Shown: in pieces, positions 48,412 to 58,095 of the stretch
Numbering within the stretch: position 1 is the stretch's first letter
How the letters are laid out: each line of letters opens with the position of its first letter
NCBI GenBank assembly: GCA_937928005.1
Contig: CALFVD010000055.1
Span: 3,516 to 67,515 of the forward strand
Source of the DNA: an uncultured Neomegalonema sp.
GTDB lineage: Bacteria; Pseudomonadota; Alphaproteobacteria; Rhodobacterales; Rhodobacteraceae
Direction: 5' to 3'
DNA: 64,000 nucleotides
Program-made: the position numbers and the translations under genes
The notes under the pieces: model-generated
What the model saw: only the letters and a program-made list of their open reading frames with translations
Databases searched by the model: none
What the model was told of the DNA's origin: nothing

Positions 48412-49320
48412 ATGGTGAATCAGATCGAAGAATACGAAGAACGCAAGAAACTTCGGCGTAGCCGGTTTCGCTGGCGCATCCTCGCTGTGCTCGCCCTGCT
48501 GGTGGTGGCGGGCATGGTAATGGCCCGGATGCCCGAAGAGAAGGGGCCGCATGTGGCGCGCTTTGATGTGGACGGCGTTATCACGAGCGATCTGGACCGG
48601 GCCAAGCTATTGAGCGAAATTGCGGAAGACGACGATATCGAAGCACTGGTGGTGCGAATCAATTCGCCGGGTGGCACCGTGACAGGGTCGGAAGAGCTTT
48701 ACGATTCGCTACGCGAAATCGCCGAGAGCAAGCCAGTCGTCGCGACGATGGGCGATGTGGCGGCATCGGGTGGCTATATCACCGCACTGGCCGCCGATCA
48801 GGTCTTTGCGATGAGCAACACCATCACCGGCTCGGTCGGCGTGATCTTTCAGGTGCCGAATGTGCATGAGTTGATGGGGAAGGTCGGCGTGCAGATGGTC
48901 GAAATCAAAAGCGGGGTATTGAAGGCCGAACCAACGCCGTTCAAGCCCGTAGATGAGCACGTGATCGACGCCGAGAGAGTGCTGGTCGAAGATTCCTTCG
49001 ATTGGTTCGTTGGGCTGGTGAAAGAGCGGCGGGAAATCGGCGATAACGCGATGGCGGAGATCAAGCAAGGCGGCGTGTTCACGGGGCGCATGGCGCTGGA
49101 GCGGGGGCTGATTGATGGGCTTGGCGGGCTGGAGGAAGCGCGCGCATGGCTGATGGCCGAACATGAGGTGGATGACGATCTTAAGCTGGTGATTTATGAG
49201 GTGCCCTCAGACACGCCTTCGCCCCTCGGTTTTCTACTGGGTGATGAGGCGAATACGGCGCTTGATGTGTTTGGCCTACGCGCGAGATTGGCACCCGGCC
49301 TATGGGCGATTTATCGCTAA
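48412..49320 (+). CDS. sppA: Signal peptide peptidase SppA
   Basis: NSPGG, AASGGY, TGSVGV, KSG.LK. Confidence 0.94.
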   Translation: MVNQIEEYEERKKLRRSRFRWRILAVLALLVVAGMVMARMPEEKGPHVARFDVDGVITSDLDRAKLLSEIAEDDDIEALVVRINSPGGTVTGSEELYDSLREIAESKPVVATMGDVAASGGYITALAADQVFAMSNTITGSVGVIFQVPNVHELMGKVGVQMVEIKSGVLKAEPTPFKPVDEHVIDAERVLVEDSFDWFVGLVKERREIGDNAMAEIKQGGVFTGRMALERGLIDGLGGLEEARAWLMAEHEVDDDLKLVIYEVPSDTPSPLGFLLGDEANTALDVFGLRARLAPGLWAIYR

Positions 49321-49446
49321 ACCGAACGTTAAGCTTGCTGTGAATCGCTATAAAGGTTGACGACCCCGCCCCGGCGCGGTGTAGTTGAAAGTATTAAGGA
49401 ACTCGGACTCGCCGTATCATAGCGGGACGAGACACGGAGTACGCGC

Positions 49447-49743
49447 ATGATCAAATCTGAACTGATCGCCATTCTCGCCGAAGAGAATCCTCACCTCTAC
49501 CAGCGCGATGTCGAGCGGGTTGTCTCGACCGTGTTCGAGACAATCACCGATGCAATGGCCGAAGGCGACCGTGTCGAGCTACGCGGTTTTGGCGCGTTCT
49601 CGGTCAAGGAACGCGAAAGTCGCATGGGGCGTAACCCACGCACAGGAGAGGCCGTTCCAGTGCCCGCCAAGCAAGTGCCTTTCTTCAAGACAGGCAAAGA
49701 GTTGCGCGAAAGACTTAATAAGGATTATAACGGAGGGGATTAA
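49447..49743 (+). CDS. ihfB: Integration host factor beta
   Basis: [34 protein letters not shown]. Confidence 0.97.
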   Translation: MIKSELIAILAEENPHLYQRDVERVVSTVFETITDAMAEGDRVELRGFGAFSVKERESRMGRNPRTGEAVPVPAKQVPFFKTGKELRERLNKDYNGGD

Positions 49744-49764
49744 CCCCCTGCGAGGCAAGCCGCC

Positions 49765-50085
49765 ATGCGATTCTTGACGATCCTGATCTCGATATTCGTG
49801 GGCGTCATCCTATGCGCGATATTCATCGGCAATGGTCATGGCGTGCTGGTCAATCTCGAACCTTTCGTGACACGACCCGCACCACCAACGACGCCCTACC
49901 GTGTCATGCCGCTCTGGGTAGTGATGATTTGCTGTGCTGGAATCGGCGCTTTGCTCGGCTATTTGCTGGGTGCGACAAGCGGATATCATTACAAACCACC
50001 AATTGTAAAAACGCCCGATGCCGTGAAAAAGCATGAGCCCGATTATCTGCTGGTTAATTCACCATTAGATCGCCGCCAGTCGTGA
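49765..50085 (+). CDS. LapA-like membrane protein
   Basis: Two TM segments, PLW, position after ihfB. Confidence 0.6.
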   Translation: MRFLTILISIFVGVILCAIFIGNGHGVLVNLEPFVTRPAPPTTPYRVMPLWVVMICCAGIGALLGYLLGATSGYHYKPPIVKTPDAVKKHEPDYLLVNSPLDRRQS

Positions 50086-50714
50086 CGGCAGCGAAAATAT
50101 GTGGATTATCAACACCTGAAACGGTTGCCGCAGCGGTGAGGGCCGGGGCGCGGTTCGTTGGGTTTGTGTTCTATCCCCCCTCCCCTCGGAATATCAGTGC
50201 CGATGATGCGCTGGCGCTGGCCGCTGAGGTGCCGCCGGGTGTGGGTAAGGTGGGGTTATTCGTCGATCCAAACGATAATGATCTCGATGCCGTGCTGGCC
50301 AAAGTGCCGCTCGATTTCATACAAGTGCATGGGGTGGCCGATCCTGAACGCCTACGCGCCATTCGCGCACGGGCAGGCTTGCCCCTGATTGTAGCGCAGG
50401 CGGTTGCTTGCGCAGAAGATGTGGATACGGGGCTGGCGCTGGCCGGAACCGCAGACATGTTGCTCTTCGATGCGAAACCAGCGGCGGGCGGGGGCTTGCC
50501 GGGGGGCAACGGGGTCGCGTTCGATTGGCGGTTGCTCTCAACCCGGCGCATTTCAGTGCCATGGATGCTGGCAGGTGGACTGACCCCGGATAACGTGGCG
50601 CAGGCGGTCATGCTGACCGGCGCGAAGATGGTCGATGTCTCTTCCGGTGTTGAAAGCGCCCCCGGTATCAAGAATGCCGATGCGATCCACGCATTTGTGG
50701 CAGCGGCGGGATAA
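50082..50714 (+). CDS. trpF: Phosphoribosylanthranilate isomerase
   Basis: KICGL, SPR, GG.G..FDW, LAGGL, DVSSGVE. Confidence 0.96.
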   Translation: MTAAKICGLSTPETVAAAVRAGARFVGFVFYPPSPRNISADDALALAAEVPPGVGKVGLFVDPNDNDLDAVLAKVPLDFIQVHGVADPERLRAIRARAGLPLIVAQAVACAEDVDTGLALAGTADMLLFDAKPAAGGGLPGGNGVAFDWRLLSTRRISVPWMLAGGLTPDNVAQAVMLTGAKMVDVSSGVESAPGIKNADAIHAFVAAAG

Positions 50715-50900
50715 AGGCCGACGGGAATTCTGGGCTATCCTGTCGCCGCATCTCCTTGCCGTATATCATGTGAGGCAAACGGGCAGGTGCGTTCGGCACC
50801 AGAGTTCCTCTTGACATTATGCGCCATCCCTCGCGCTATGTCGTCTAAGGGTTGTAAAGATGGCCCGTGAAATAACGATACTGCTAGGGAGAGTGACAAC

Positions 50901-52214
50901 ATGACCATCCGCAAGACACTTATAGCCGCCACCACCATCACTGGCCTGCTAACGGGGGCCGCCCATGCAGCGACCGAAATCGAATGGTGGCACGCCTTTA
51001 CCGGGCGTCTCGGCGACCTGCTGGCCGAGCAGATTCAGACGTTCAATGACAGTCAGGACGAATACGTCATCAAAGGCTCGCATAAAGGCAATTATTCCGA
51101 GACGCTGAATGCCGGAATCGCGGCTTTTCGCGCCAAGGAACAGCCGCATATGCTGATGGTGTTTGAGGTCGGCACGGCGACGATGATGGCGGCAAAAGGC
51201 GCGATTGTGCCGGTCTATGAACTGATGGACGATACCGGCAAGGATTTCGATCCTGATGCGTTTATGGGTGCGGTCAAAGGCTATTACACGACCACGGATG
51301 GCAAGATGCTGTCGCTGCCCTACAACTCCTCCACCCCGGTTCTCTACGTGAACAAAGACGCGCTATCCGACGCTGGCTTGAACCCGGATATGGACCTGTC
51401 AACATGGGAAAATGTGGGCGCGGCCCTCGATGCGCTGAAGGAATCGGGCCATGAATGCCCGCTGACAACGGCGTGGCAGAGTTGGATTCATCTCGAAAAC
51501 TTTGGCGCGTGGCATGATACGCCCTTTGCGACCAAGGATAACGGCTTTGCGGGCACCGATACGGAACTGGCCTTCAACGGCCCAATGCACGTCAAACACA
51601 TCCAAACGATGGGTGATTGGGCGAAGGACGGCAAATTTATCTATGCGGGCCGCCGCAACGAGGGCGGGGCACGCTTTCGCGCCGGGGAATGCGCATTCTT
51701 CACCGAAAGCTCCGCCGGGTATGCGGGCGTGAAGAAAGAAGCGGAATTCGACTTCGCAATCCGCCCCCTGCCCTATTACGTCACTGCACCGAAAGCGCCG
51801 CAGAACACGATCATCGGTGGGGCGTCGCTATGGGTCATGGCCGGTCACAAAGATGAGGAATATGCGGGTGTTGCGGAATTCCTGAACTTCCTGTCCTCCT
51901 CGGAGATTCAGGCGAAGTGGCATCAGGATACCGGCTACCTGCCCATCACCAACGACGCCGCTGCGCTGACCAAGGAGCAGGGTTTCTACGACGAGAACCC
52001 CGGCACTGAGATCGCCGGAATGCAGATGACCACCAAAGCACCAACTGGCAACTCCAAAGGCTTACGCCTCGGTTCCTTTGACCAGATTCGCGGGATCATC
52101 GACGAGGAACTCGAAGCCGTATGGTCCGGCGATAAGGACGCGCAGGAAGCGATGGATAGCGCCGTGAAGCGCGGCAATGCCCTGCTGCGCCGTTTTGAGC
52201 GGTCGGCGAAATAA
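50901..52214 (+). CDS. ugpB: sn-glycerol-3-phosphate ABC substrate-binding protein
   Basis: WWHA, VFEVGTATMM, NSSTP, IIGGASLW, TGYLP. Confidence 0.93.
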   Translation: MTIRKTLIAATTITGLLTGAAHAATEIEWWHAFTGRLGDLLAEQIQTFNDSQDEYVIKGSHKGNYSETLNAGIAAFRAKEQPHMLMVFEVGTATMMAAKGAIVPVYELMDDTGKDFDPDAFMGAVKGYYTTTDGKMLSLPYNSSTPVLYVNKDALSDAGLNPDMDLSTWENVGAALDALKESGHECPLTTAWQSWIHLENFGAWHDTPFATKDNGFAGTDTELAFNGPMHVKHIQTMGDWAKDGKFIYAGRRNEGGARFRAGECAFFTESSAGYAGVKKEAEFDFAIRPLPYYVTAPKAPQNTIIGGASLWVMAGHKDEEYAGVAEFLNFLSSSEIQAKWHQDTGYLPITNDAAALTKEQGFYDENPGTEIAGMQMTTKAPTGNSKGLRLGSFDQIRGIIDEELEAVWSGDKDAQEAMDSAVKRGNALLRRFERSAK

Positions 52215-52220
52215 GAAGTA

Positions 52221-52298
52221 CGTAGCCCCGCACTTGATGCGGAGCCTCGACCGGCAACGCACCGCTGATCGAGGCTCCGGGTCGGGTCCGGGGCTGCG
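52221..52298. repeat. Inverted pair of REP-like hairpins between ugpB and ugpA
   Basis: GCCCCGCACTTGATGCGGAGCCTCGA ... TCGAGGCTCCGGGTCGGGTCCGGGGC. Confidence 0.6.
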
Positions 52299-52308
52299 GT
52301 AACTCGAC

Positions 52309-53190
52309 ATGCAAAAACGCGCCGTCTTCCGTAATCGCTGGCTGCCCTATCTGCTGGTTGCTCCGCAATTATTGGTCACGCTCGTCTTCTTTTTCTGGCC
52401 AGCGGGACAGGCAATCTGGCAATCGCTTTATCTGCCTGACCCGTTTGGATTATCGGAAGAGTTCGTCGGGCTGGAAAATTTCCGTTTTCTGCTGGGTGAT
52501 CCCTATTACCTCGCCTCGTTCCAGACGACCGCCGTATTCTCGATCCTCGTAACCGTCCTGTCGATGGGGGTCGCGCTCTATCTCGCGGTTCTTGCGGATC
52601 GGGTGATTAAGGGATCGGGTATCTACCGCACGCTGTTGGTATGGCCCTATGCCGTCGCGCCCGCCGTGGCCGGGGTATTGTGGCTGTTCATGTTCAATCC
52701 GTCGCTGGGCGTCATCACCTACTGGATGAAGGTGATGGGGTATGACTGGAACCATGTGCTCGATGGGGGCGAGGCGATGACGCTGGTGGTCATGGCCTCG
52801 GCATGGAAGCAGGTGAGCTATAACTTCCTGTTCTTCCTCGCCGGTTTGCAATCCATCCCTAAATCCGTGATCGAGGCGGCGGCGATAGACGGGGCGAGCT
52901 TTGCCCGGCGGTTCTGGACCATCGTGTTCCCGCTGCTGTCGCCCACCACATTCTTCTTACTGGTCGTTAACGTCGTCTACGCCTTCTTTGAGACATTCGC
53001 GGTGATCCATACCATTACGGGCGGGGGGCCGCGTCAGGACACGATGATCCTCGTCTACAAGGTCTTTGCGGATGGTTTCGTGGGTCAGGATCTAGGGTCA
53101 AGCGCGGCGCAGTCGGTAATCCTGCTGTTCCTCGTCGGTATCTTGACGGTGATCCAATTCCGATTCATCGAACGGCGGGTGCATTACTGA
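52309..53190 (+). CDS. ugpA: G3P ABC permease
   Basis: [20 protein letters not shown]. Confidence 0.93.
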   Translation: MQKRAVFRNRWLPYLLVAPQLLVTLVFFFWPAGQAIWQSLYLPDPFGLSEEFVGLENFRFLLGDPYYLASFQTTAVFSILVTVLSMGVALYLAVLADRVIKGSGIYRTLLVWPYAVAPAVAGVLWLFMFNPSLGVITYWMKVMGYDWNHVLDGGEAMTLVVMASAWKQVSYNFLFFLAGLQSIPKSVIEAAAIDGASFARRFWTIVFPLLSPTTFFLLVVNVVYAFFETFAVIHTITGGGPRQDTMILVYKVFADGFVGQDLGSSAAQSVILLFLVGILTVIQFRFIERRVHY

Positions 53191-54044
53191 TGGCGCAGAA
53201 ATCGGGCATGGTCGAACGACGCGGCTGGGGAATGGTGCTGACGCATCTGGGGCTTATACTTGGCATCCTGTTGATCTGCTTTCCGATCTGGTTCGCCTTC
53301 GTGGCCAGCACAGTGACGCAGGACGATATTATCCGCCCGCCCATGCCGCTCTGGCTGGGTCCGCATCTGGTGGAGAATTACACCCGCGCCCTGACTTCCG
53401 GGGTCAATGCGCCCGTTTCGACCATGTTGTTCAACTCGACGGTCATGGCGCTCGGCATTACACTGGGTAAGATCATCATTTCGATCCTCAGCGCCTTCGC
53501 CATCGTCTATTTTCGGTTTCCGGGGCGGATGATCTGCTTCTGGCTGATCTTCCTCACGCTAATGTTGCCCGTCGAAGTGCGGATTGTGCCGACCTATGAG
53601 ATCGCGGCGCGGCTTGACCTGCTCAACAGTTATTCGGGCCTGATCCTGCCGTTGATTGCCTCGGCCACTGCGACATTTCTGTTCCGGCAGTTGTTCTTGA
53701 CCATCCCTGAGGAAATCGCGGAGGCCGCGCGGATCGACGGAGCCGGGCCGATGCGCTTCTTCCTCGATATCCTGCTGCCCATGAGCCGCACGAATATCGC
53801 CGCGCTGTTCGTGATCCTCTTCATCTTTAGCTGGAACCAGTATCTCTGGCCCCTGCTCATCACCACCGAACCGGAGATGAACACCATCGTCATGGGCATC
53901 AAGCAGATGTTCCCTTCGGGCGATGACTGGGCCGACTGGCCGGTCATCATGGCGACCGCAATGTTGGCCATGCTGCCCCCCGTGGCGGTTGTCTTGTTCA
54001 TGCAGCGGTTGTTCATCAAGGGTCTTGTGGAAAGCGAGAAGTAA
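53190..54044 (+). CDS. ugpE: G3P ABC permease
   Basis: [27 protein letters not shown]. Confidence 0.93.
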   Translation: MAQKSGMVERRGWGMVLTHLGLILGILLICFPIWFAFVASTVTQDDIIRPPMPLWLGPHLVENYTRALTSGVNAPVSTMLFNSTVMALGITLGKIIISILSAFAIVYFRFPGRMICFWLIFLTLMLPVEVRIVPTYEIAARLDLLNSYSGLILPLIASATATFLFRQLFLTIPEEIAEAARIDGAGPMRFFLDILLPMSRTNIAALFVILFIFSWNQYLWPLLITTEPEMNTIVMGIKQMFPSGDDWADWPVIMATAMLAMLPPVAVVLFMQRLFIKGLVESEK

Positions 54045-55048
54045 TGGCGTCGATCACCCTACGCAATGTGCGCAAATCCTATGGCAAGACCGATGTAATC
54101 CACGGCGTCGATCTCGATGTGGCAGATGGCGAGTTGATCGTGATCGTTGGGCCTTCGGGCTGCGGCAAATCCACCCTGTTGCGGATGGTGGCGGGGTTGG
54201 AGACGATTACGAGCGGCGAGATCAGCATTGATGGGCGGGTCGTCAATGAGCTGGAACCGCGCGAGCGCGATATCGCGATGGTGTTCCAGAACTACGCCCT
54301 CTATCCGCATATGAGCGTGCGCAAAAACCTCGCCTATGGCCTGAAAATCGCCAAGACCCCCAAGGACGAAATCACCCGCCGGGTCGATAAGGCCGCCACA
54401 ATGCTGCAACTAAGCGATTATCTCGACCGTAGGCCGCGTGAATTATCGGGAGGACAGCGCCAGCGCGTAGCTATGGGGCGGGCGATTGTGCGTGAACCGA
54501 GCGCGTTCCTGTTCGACGAGCCGCTCTCCAATCTTGATGCAAAACTGCGCGTGCAGATGCGGATGGAAATCCGCAAACTCCAGCGTGAATTGGGCATCAC
54601 CTCGCTCTATGTCACCCATGATCAGGTAGAGGCGATGACGATGGCGGATCGGGTCGTCGTGATGAATGCCGGTGTGGCGGAGCAGATTGGCCCGCCCTTA
54701 GAGATATATAACAATCCGGCAACGCTGTTCGTGGCGGGGTTCATCGGCTCCCCCCCGATGAATTTTATCGACCCCACGCTGCTTGGTGATGCGCAATCGG
54801 GCATAGCAACCCTTGGCGTGCGCCCTGAGCACGTGACGCTTACATCCCCGTCAGACGGTCGCATTACGGGAACGGTGACGTTCTGTGAAGCACTCGGTGC
54901 CGATACGCTGGTGCATGTAGAGCCAAAGCACGGAACACCTATTATCGCCCGAACTGACGGTTCAATAGTCGAACCGGGTCTTGAGGTCGGGCTATCCTTC
55001 GACCTCGATAAAACCTGTGGATTCGATGCCGAAGGACGGCGGGCGTAA
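54044..55048 (+). CDS. ugpC: G3P ABC ATPase
   Basis: [25 protein letters not shown]. Confidence 0.93.
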   Translation: MASITLRNVRKSYGKTDVIHGVDLDVADGELIVIVGPSGCGKSTLLRMVAGLETITSGEISIDGRVVNELEPRERDIAMVFQNYALYPHMSVRKNLAYGLKIAKTPKDEITRRVDKAATMLQLSDYLDRRPRELSGGQRQRVAMGRAIVREPSAFLFDEPLSNLDAKLRVQMRMEIRKLQRELGITSLYVTHDQVEAMTMADRVVVMNAGVAEQIGPPLEIYNNPATLFVAGFIGSPPMNFIDPTLLGDAQSGIATLGVRPEHVTLTSPSDGRITGTVTFCEALGADTLVHVEPKHGTPIIARTDGSIVEPGLEVGLSFDLDKTCGFDAEGRRA

Positions 55049-55147
55049 TACTGACTATAAATACTCATCTTCTGTTTAAAGGGTGAAATTGCGGTATTTT
55101 ATACTCAAGCACTATAATCTTTTTTGTTCTCGACTTTCATTTTTCCT

Positions 55148-55912
55148 TTAACGCGCCGCCATCCGAATAGCCCCATCCAGCCGCACCACTTCCCCGTTCA
55201 TCATCTGGTTCCGCGCGATGTGTTGGACCAGCATGGCGAATTCGTCGGGGTTGCCCAGCCGGGGCGGGAAGGGGACGGTCTTGCCCAAGCTATCCTGCAC
55301 CTCCTGTGGCAGCCCTTCCAGCATCGGTGTCAAAAACAACCCCGGCGCAATCCCCATCACCCGCACGCCGTCGCGGGCCAAGTCCCGCGCCATCGGCAGG
55401 GTCATCGCCGCTACTGCCCCTTTCGACGCCGCATAGGCCACCTGTCCGACTTGCCCCTCATAGGCGGCGACCGACGCTGTATTCACCAGCACTCCCCGCT
55501 CGCCGCCTCCCATCGGCTCGGCCCCGACCATCCCCTCGGCGGCGATGCTGGCGACGTGGAACGCGCCCATCAGGTTGATCGCCATCGCCTTCGCGAACAG
55601 CGCCGGGTCATGGGCCACCCCCTTGCCCACCGTCTTCGCGCCGGGGGCGATGCCTGCACAGGTCACGGCCAGCCGCGCGACCCCATGCGCCGCTCGCGCC
55701 GCTTCCACAGCCGTCCTTACGCTACCCGCATCGGTCACATCCGTCGCAATGAACAGCGCCCCGCAATCGCCTGCGACCCGCTCCCCCCGTTCCATATCCA
55801 CATCGAGAATTGCGACCGGGCATCCGGCTTTCCGCAGCCGCCGCACGGTCGCCTCGCCCAGACCGGAAGCGCCGCCGGAAACGAGAGCGGGGGTGGAGGC
55901 GTCGAGATGCAT
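55148..55912 (-). CDS. SDR oxidoreductase (3-hydroxyacyl-CoA dehydrogenase type 2-like)
   Basis: GGASGLG, GQ.AY.ASK, TLPMARDLA, RLDGAIRM. Confidence 0.92.
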   Translation of the reverse strand: MHLDASTPALVSGGASGLGEATVRRLRKAGCPVAILDVDMERGERVAGDCGALFIATDVTDAGSVRTAVEAARAAHGVARLAVTCAGIAPGAKTVGKGVAHDPALFAKAMAINLMGAFHVASIAAEGMVGAEPMGGGERGVLVNTASVAAYEGQVGQVAYAASKGAVAAMTLPMARDLARDGVRVMGIAPGLFLTPMLEGLPQEVQDSLGKTVPFPPRLGNPDEFAMLVQHIARNQMMNGEVVRLDGAIRMAAR

Positions 55913-55987
55913 GGCGTGTCCTTTTTTGCGGGCCTGTCCTTGTTCTAAGGTCTGGACGGACAAAAGGCGATATGGTGTGTTCGCCCC

Positions 55988-56875
55988 ATGAATATCTCCG
56001 CCAAACCCGACTGGATCGCCGCCGATTGGGGCACGTCGCGCTTGCGCGTCTGGGCGATGGAGCAGGGCGGTGCGGTGTTGGATCGGCGCTCCTCTGATCA
56101 GGGGATGGGCGGATTGGCCCCCGATGCATTCGAGGGTGTGCTGTTATCCCTCATCAACGATTGGCTGGACCTAGATACACCCGTCATCGCCTGCGGCATG
56201 GTCGGCGCGCGACAAGGGTGGGTCGAAGCGCCCTATGTCCCATGCCCCGGCCCCCCGCTGGCCGGACCTTTCACCCTCGCCCCCGTGAGCGACCCGCGCA
56301 TCGCCGTCCACATCATCCCCGGCATGGCGCAGGTCGATCCGGCGGATGTGATGCGGGGCGAGGAGACGCAGGTAGCGGGGCTGCTGGTGCGCGAATCGGA
56401 TTTTGCGGGTACACTCTGCCTACCGGGCACGCACACAAAATGGGTGCGAATTGCGGATGGGACGGTGACAGGCTTTACCTCCTGTATGACCGGCGAGGTT
56501 TTTGCGCTGCTCTCGACACACTCGATCCTACGCCATTCTTTCGGCACGGCCCCCGTCGACCCGCTAATCTTTACGCAGGCATTGAGCCAGGGTGGCGAGG
56601 TTTTGCCGCGTCTGTTCAGCATCCGCGCTGACGATTTGCTGCATGGTATTCACCCGGATATCGCCCGTGCGCGCCTGTCGGCAATGCTAATTGGGGCAGA
56701 GGTTGCGGCGATGGCCGGGGAAGGTGAGGTGGCGCTGTTGGGCGATCCCATCCTGACAGACCTTTATACAATCGCTTTGGAATGGGCGGGCCGCACCGTG
56801 CGTGTCTTGGACGGTGAAACCCTAACTTTGGCCGGATTAACCGCCGCCCACGACCTGCTGGAGAATAAGCCATGA
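55988..56875 (+). CDS. dgoK: 2-dehydro-3-deoxygalactonokinase
   Basis: DWGTS.LR, DVMRGEETQ, LPGTH.KW, MTGE. Confidence 0.94.
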   Translation: MNISAKPDWIAADWGTSRLRVWAMEQGGAVLDRRSSDQGMGGLAPDAFEGVLLSLINDWLDLDTPVIACGMVGARQGWVEAPYVPCPGPPLAGPFTLAPVSDPRIAVHIIPGMAQVDPADVMRGEETQVAGLLVRESDFAGTLCLPGTHTKWVRIADGTVTGFTSCMTGEVFALLSTHSILRHSFGTAPVDPLIFTQALSQGGEVLPRLFSIRADDLLHGIHPDIARARLSAMLIGAEVAAMAGEGEVALLGDPILTDLYTIALEWAGRTVRVLDGETLTLAGLTAAHDLLENKP

Positions 56876-57477
56876 GAAAGATCGTCGCTATTCTACGAGG
56901 TATCACTCCCGGCGAGGCAGAAGATGTTGCCAAAGCACTAATCGATGCAGGCATCGGCATGATCGAGGTGCCGCTTAACTCGCCGGAACCGTTCGACAGC
57001 ATCATGCGTATTGCGGCTCGTTTCGGTGGTGCGGCATTGATCGGAGCGGGCACCGTGCTGCGGGTTGAGGAGGTTGCGCGTGTGGCGGAGGTGGGCGGGC
57101 GGCTGATCGTCTCGCCGAACTGCGATAGGGGCGTGATCGCGGCGACAAAGACGGCGGGCATGACCTCTTTTCCCGGCGTTATGACGCCAACGGAGGTTTT
57201 TGCGGCGCTTCATGCGGGGGCGGATGGGCTGAAGCTGTTCCCCGGCTCGCTGATCGGAACCGAAGGGTTGAAGGCGATGTGCGCCGTTCTGCCTTCAAAT
57301 GCGCAGGTCTATGCGGTGGGGGGTGCGAACGCAGCCAATCTAGCCGAATGGCGCGCGGCGGGGGCGGATGGGTTCGGCATCGGTTCGGCGCTCTATGCTC
57401 CCGGCATGGATGCCGTCACTGTGGGTGAACGCGCACAGGCGCTGGTCGCGGCCTATGATGGCTCGTTGGCGGGGTAG
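56872..57477 (+). CDS. dgoA: 2-dehydro-3-deoxy-6-phosphogalactonate aldolase
   Basis: AILRG, EVPLNSP, GAGTVL, LKLFP; coupled to dgoK. Confidence 0.93.
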   Translation: MRKIVAILRGITPGEAEDVAKALIDAGIGMIEVPLNSPEPFDSIMRIAARFGGAALIGAGTVLRVEEVARVAEVGGRLIVSPNCDRGVIAATKTAGMTSFPGVMTPTEVFAALHAGADGLKLFPGSLIGTEGLKAMCAVLPSNAQVYAVGGANAANLAEWRAAGADGFGIGSALYAPGMDAVTVGERAQALVAAYDGSLAG

Positions 57478-57538
57478 CCGATATTATCGTTGTGCAGCCG
57501 CCCCTTATCTGCACCTTTACAGCCTACACCATGCATCC

Positions 57539-57632
57539 TATAGCCATTTGCGATAAACCTGAGCCACATTTCACGCCAAGAGCCGCGCGAAATATGGCGC
57601 TTGATGATTCAGGATAATCGCAATTCGCTTTA
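57539..57632 (+). repeat. MITE-like palindromic repeat, copy 4 (94 bp)
   Basis: Near-identical to copy 1. Confidence 0.9.
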
Positions 57633-57874
57633 ACGCCAAATGGCATGATGGAGCGGGGCAAAGCGTGGCGTGAACAAGCATCCCTTTACTATGGATGCTC
57701 CAACAAGCTATATGATCGGCCAAGTTAGCGTCATTACGGTGAAAAAGCGTTACTGTATATGTAGCTTTTGTGCGAATATACTGGCTAAGTCGAATATTTA
57801 TTCATGCTAGTTGATTTATTGATGTATATAAACCTATTTGTTAGCAATACGTAGACGAATATTTCTTTTCGCGC

Positions 57875-57889
57875 TTAAGCCTTCATTAA
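57875..57889. promoter_or_regulatory. CtrA consensus box
   Basis: TTAA-GCCTTCA-TTAA (TTAA-N7-TTAA). Confidence 0.5.
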
Positions 57890-58095
57890 GCGATTCCGCA
57901 TCAAAACACTCGATAGAGCCGATCCGCCACCCTGAACATGCGTTACCGAAATATCGGTCAGGCGCACTACGGGGTGCGACAGTCGAGCCTGTGGCGCAGC
58001 GTTATGGCTGTGGATGATTTTTGAAAGGCCAGACGCATGCAGAACGCAGTTATTCCAGTATTGTATTGCTTCCGGTTCGGCGTGGGAGACTCCCT

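Noticed and set aside
57900..58090. c-di-GMP riboswitch upstream of the adhesin
   Set aside because: No match to class I or II consensus elements by eye
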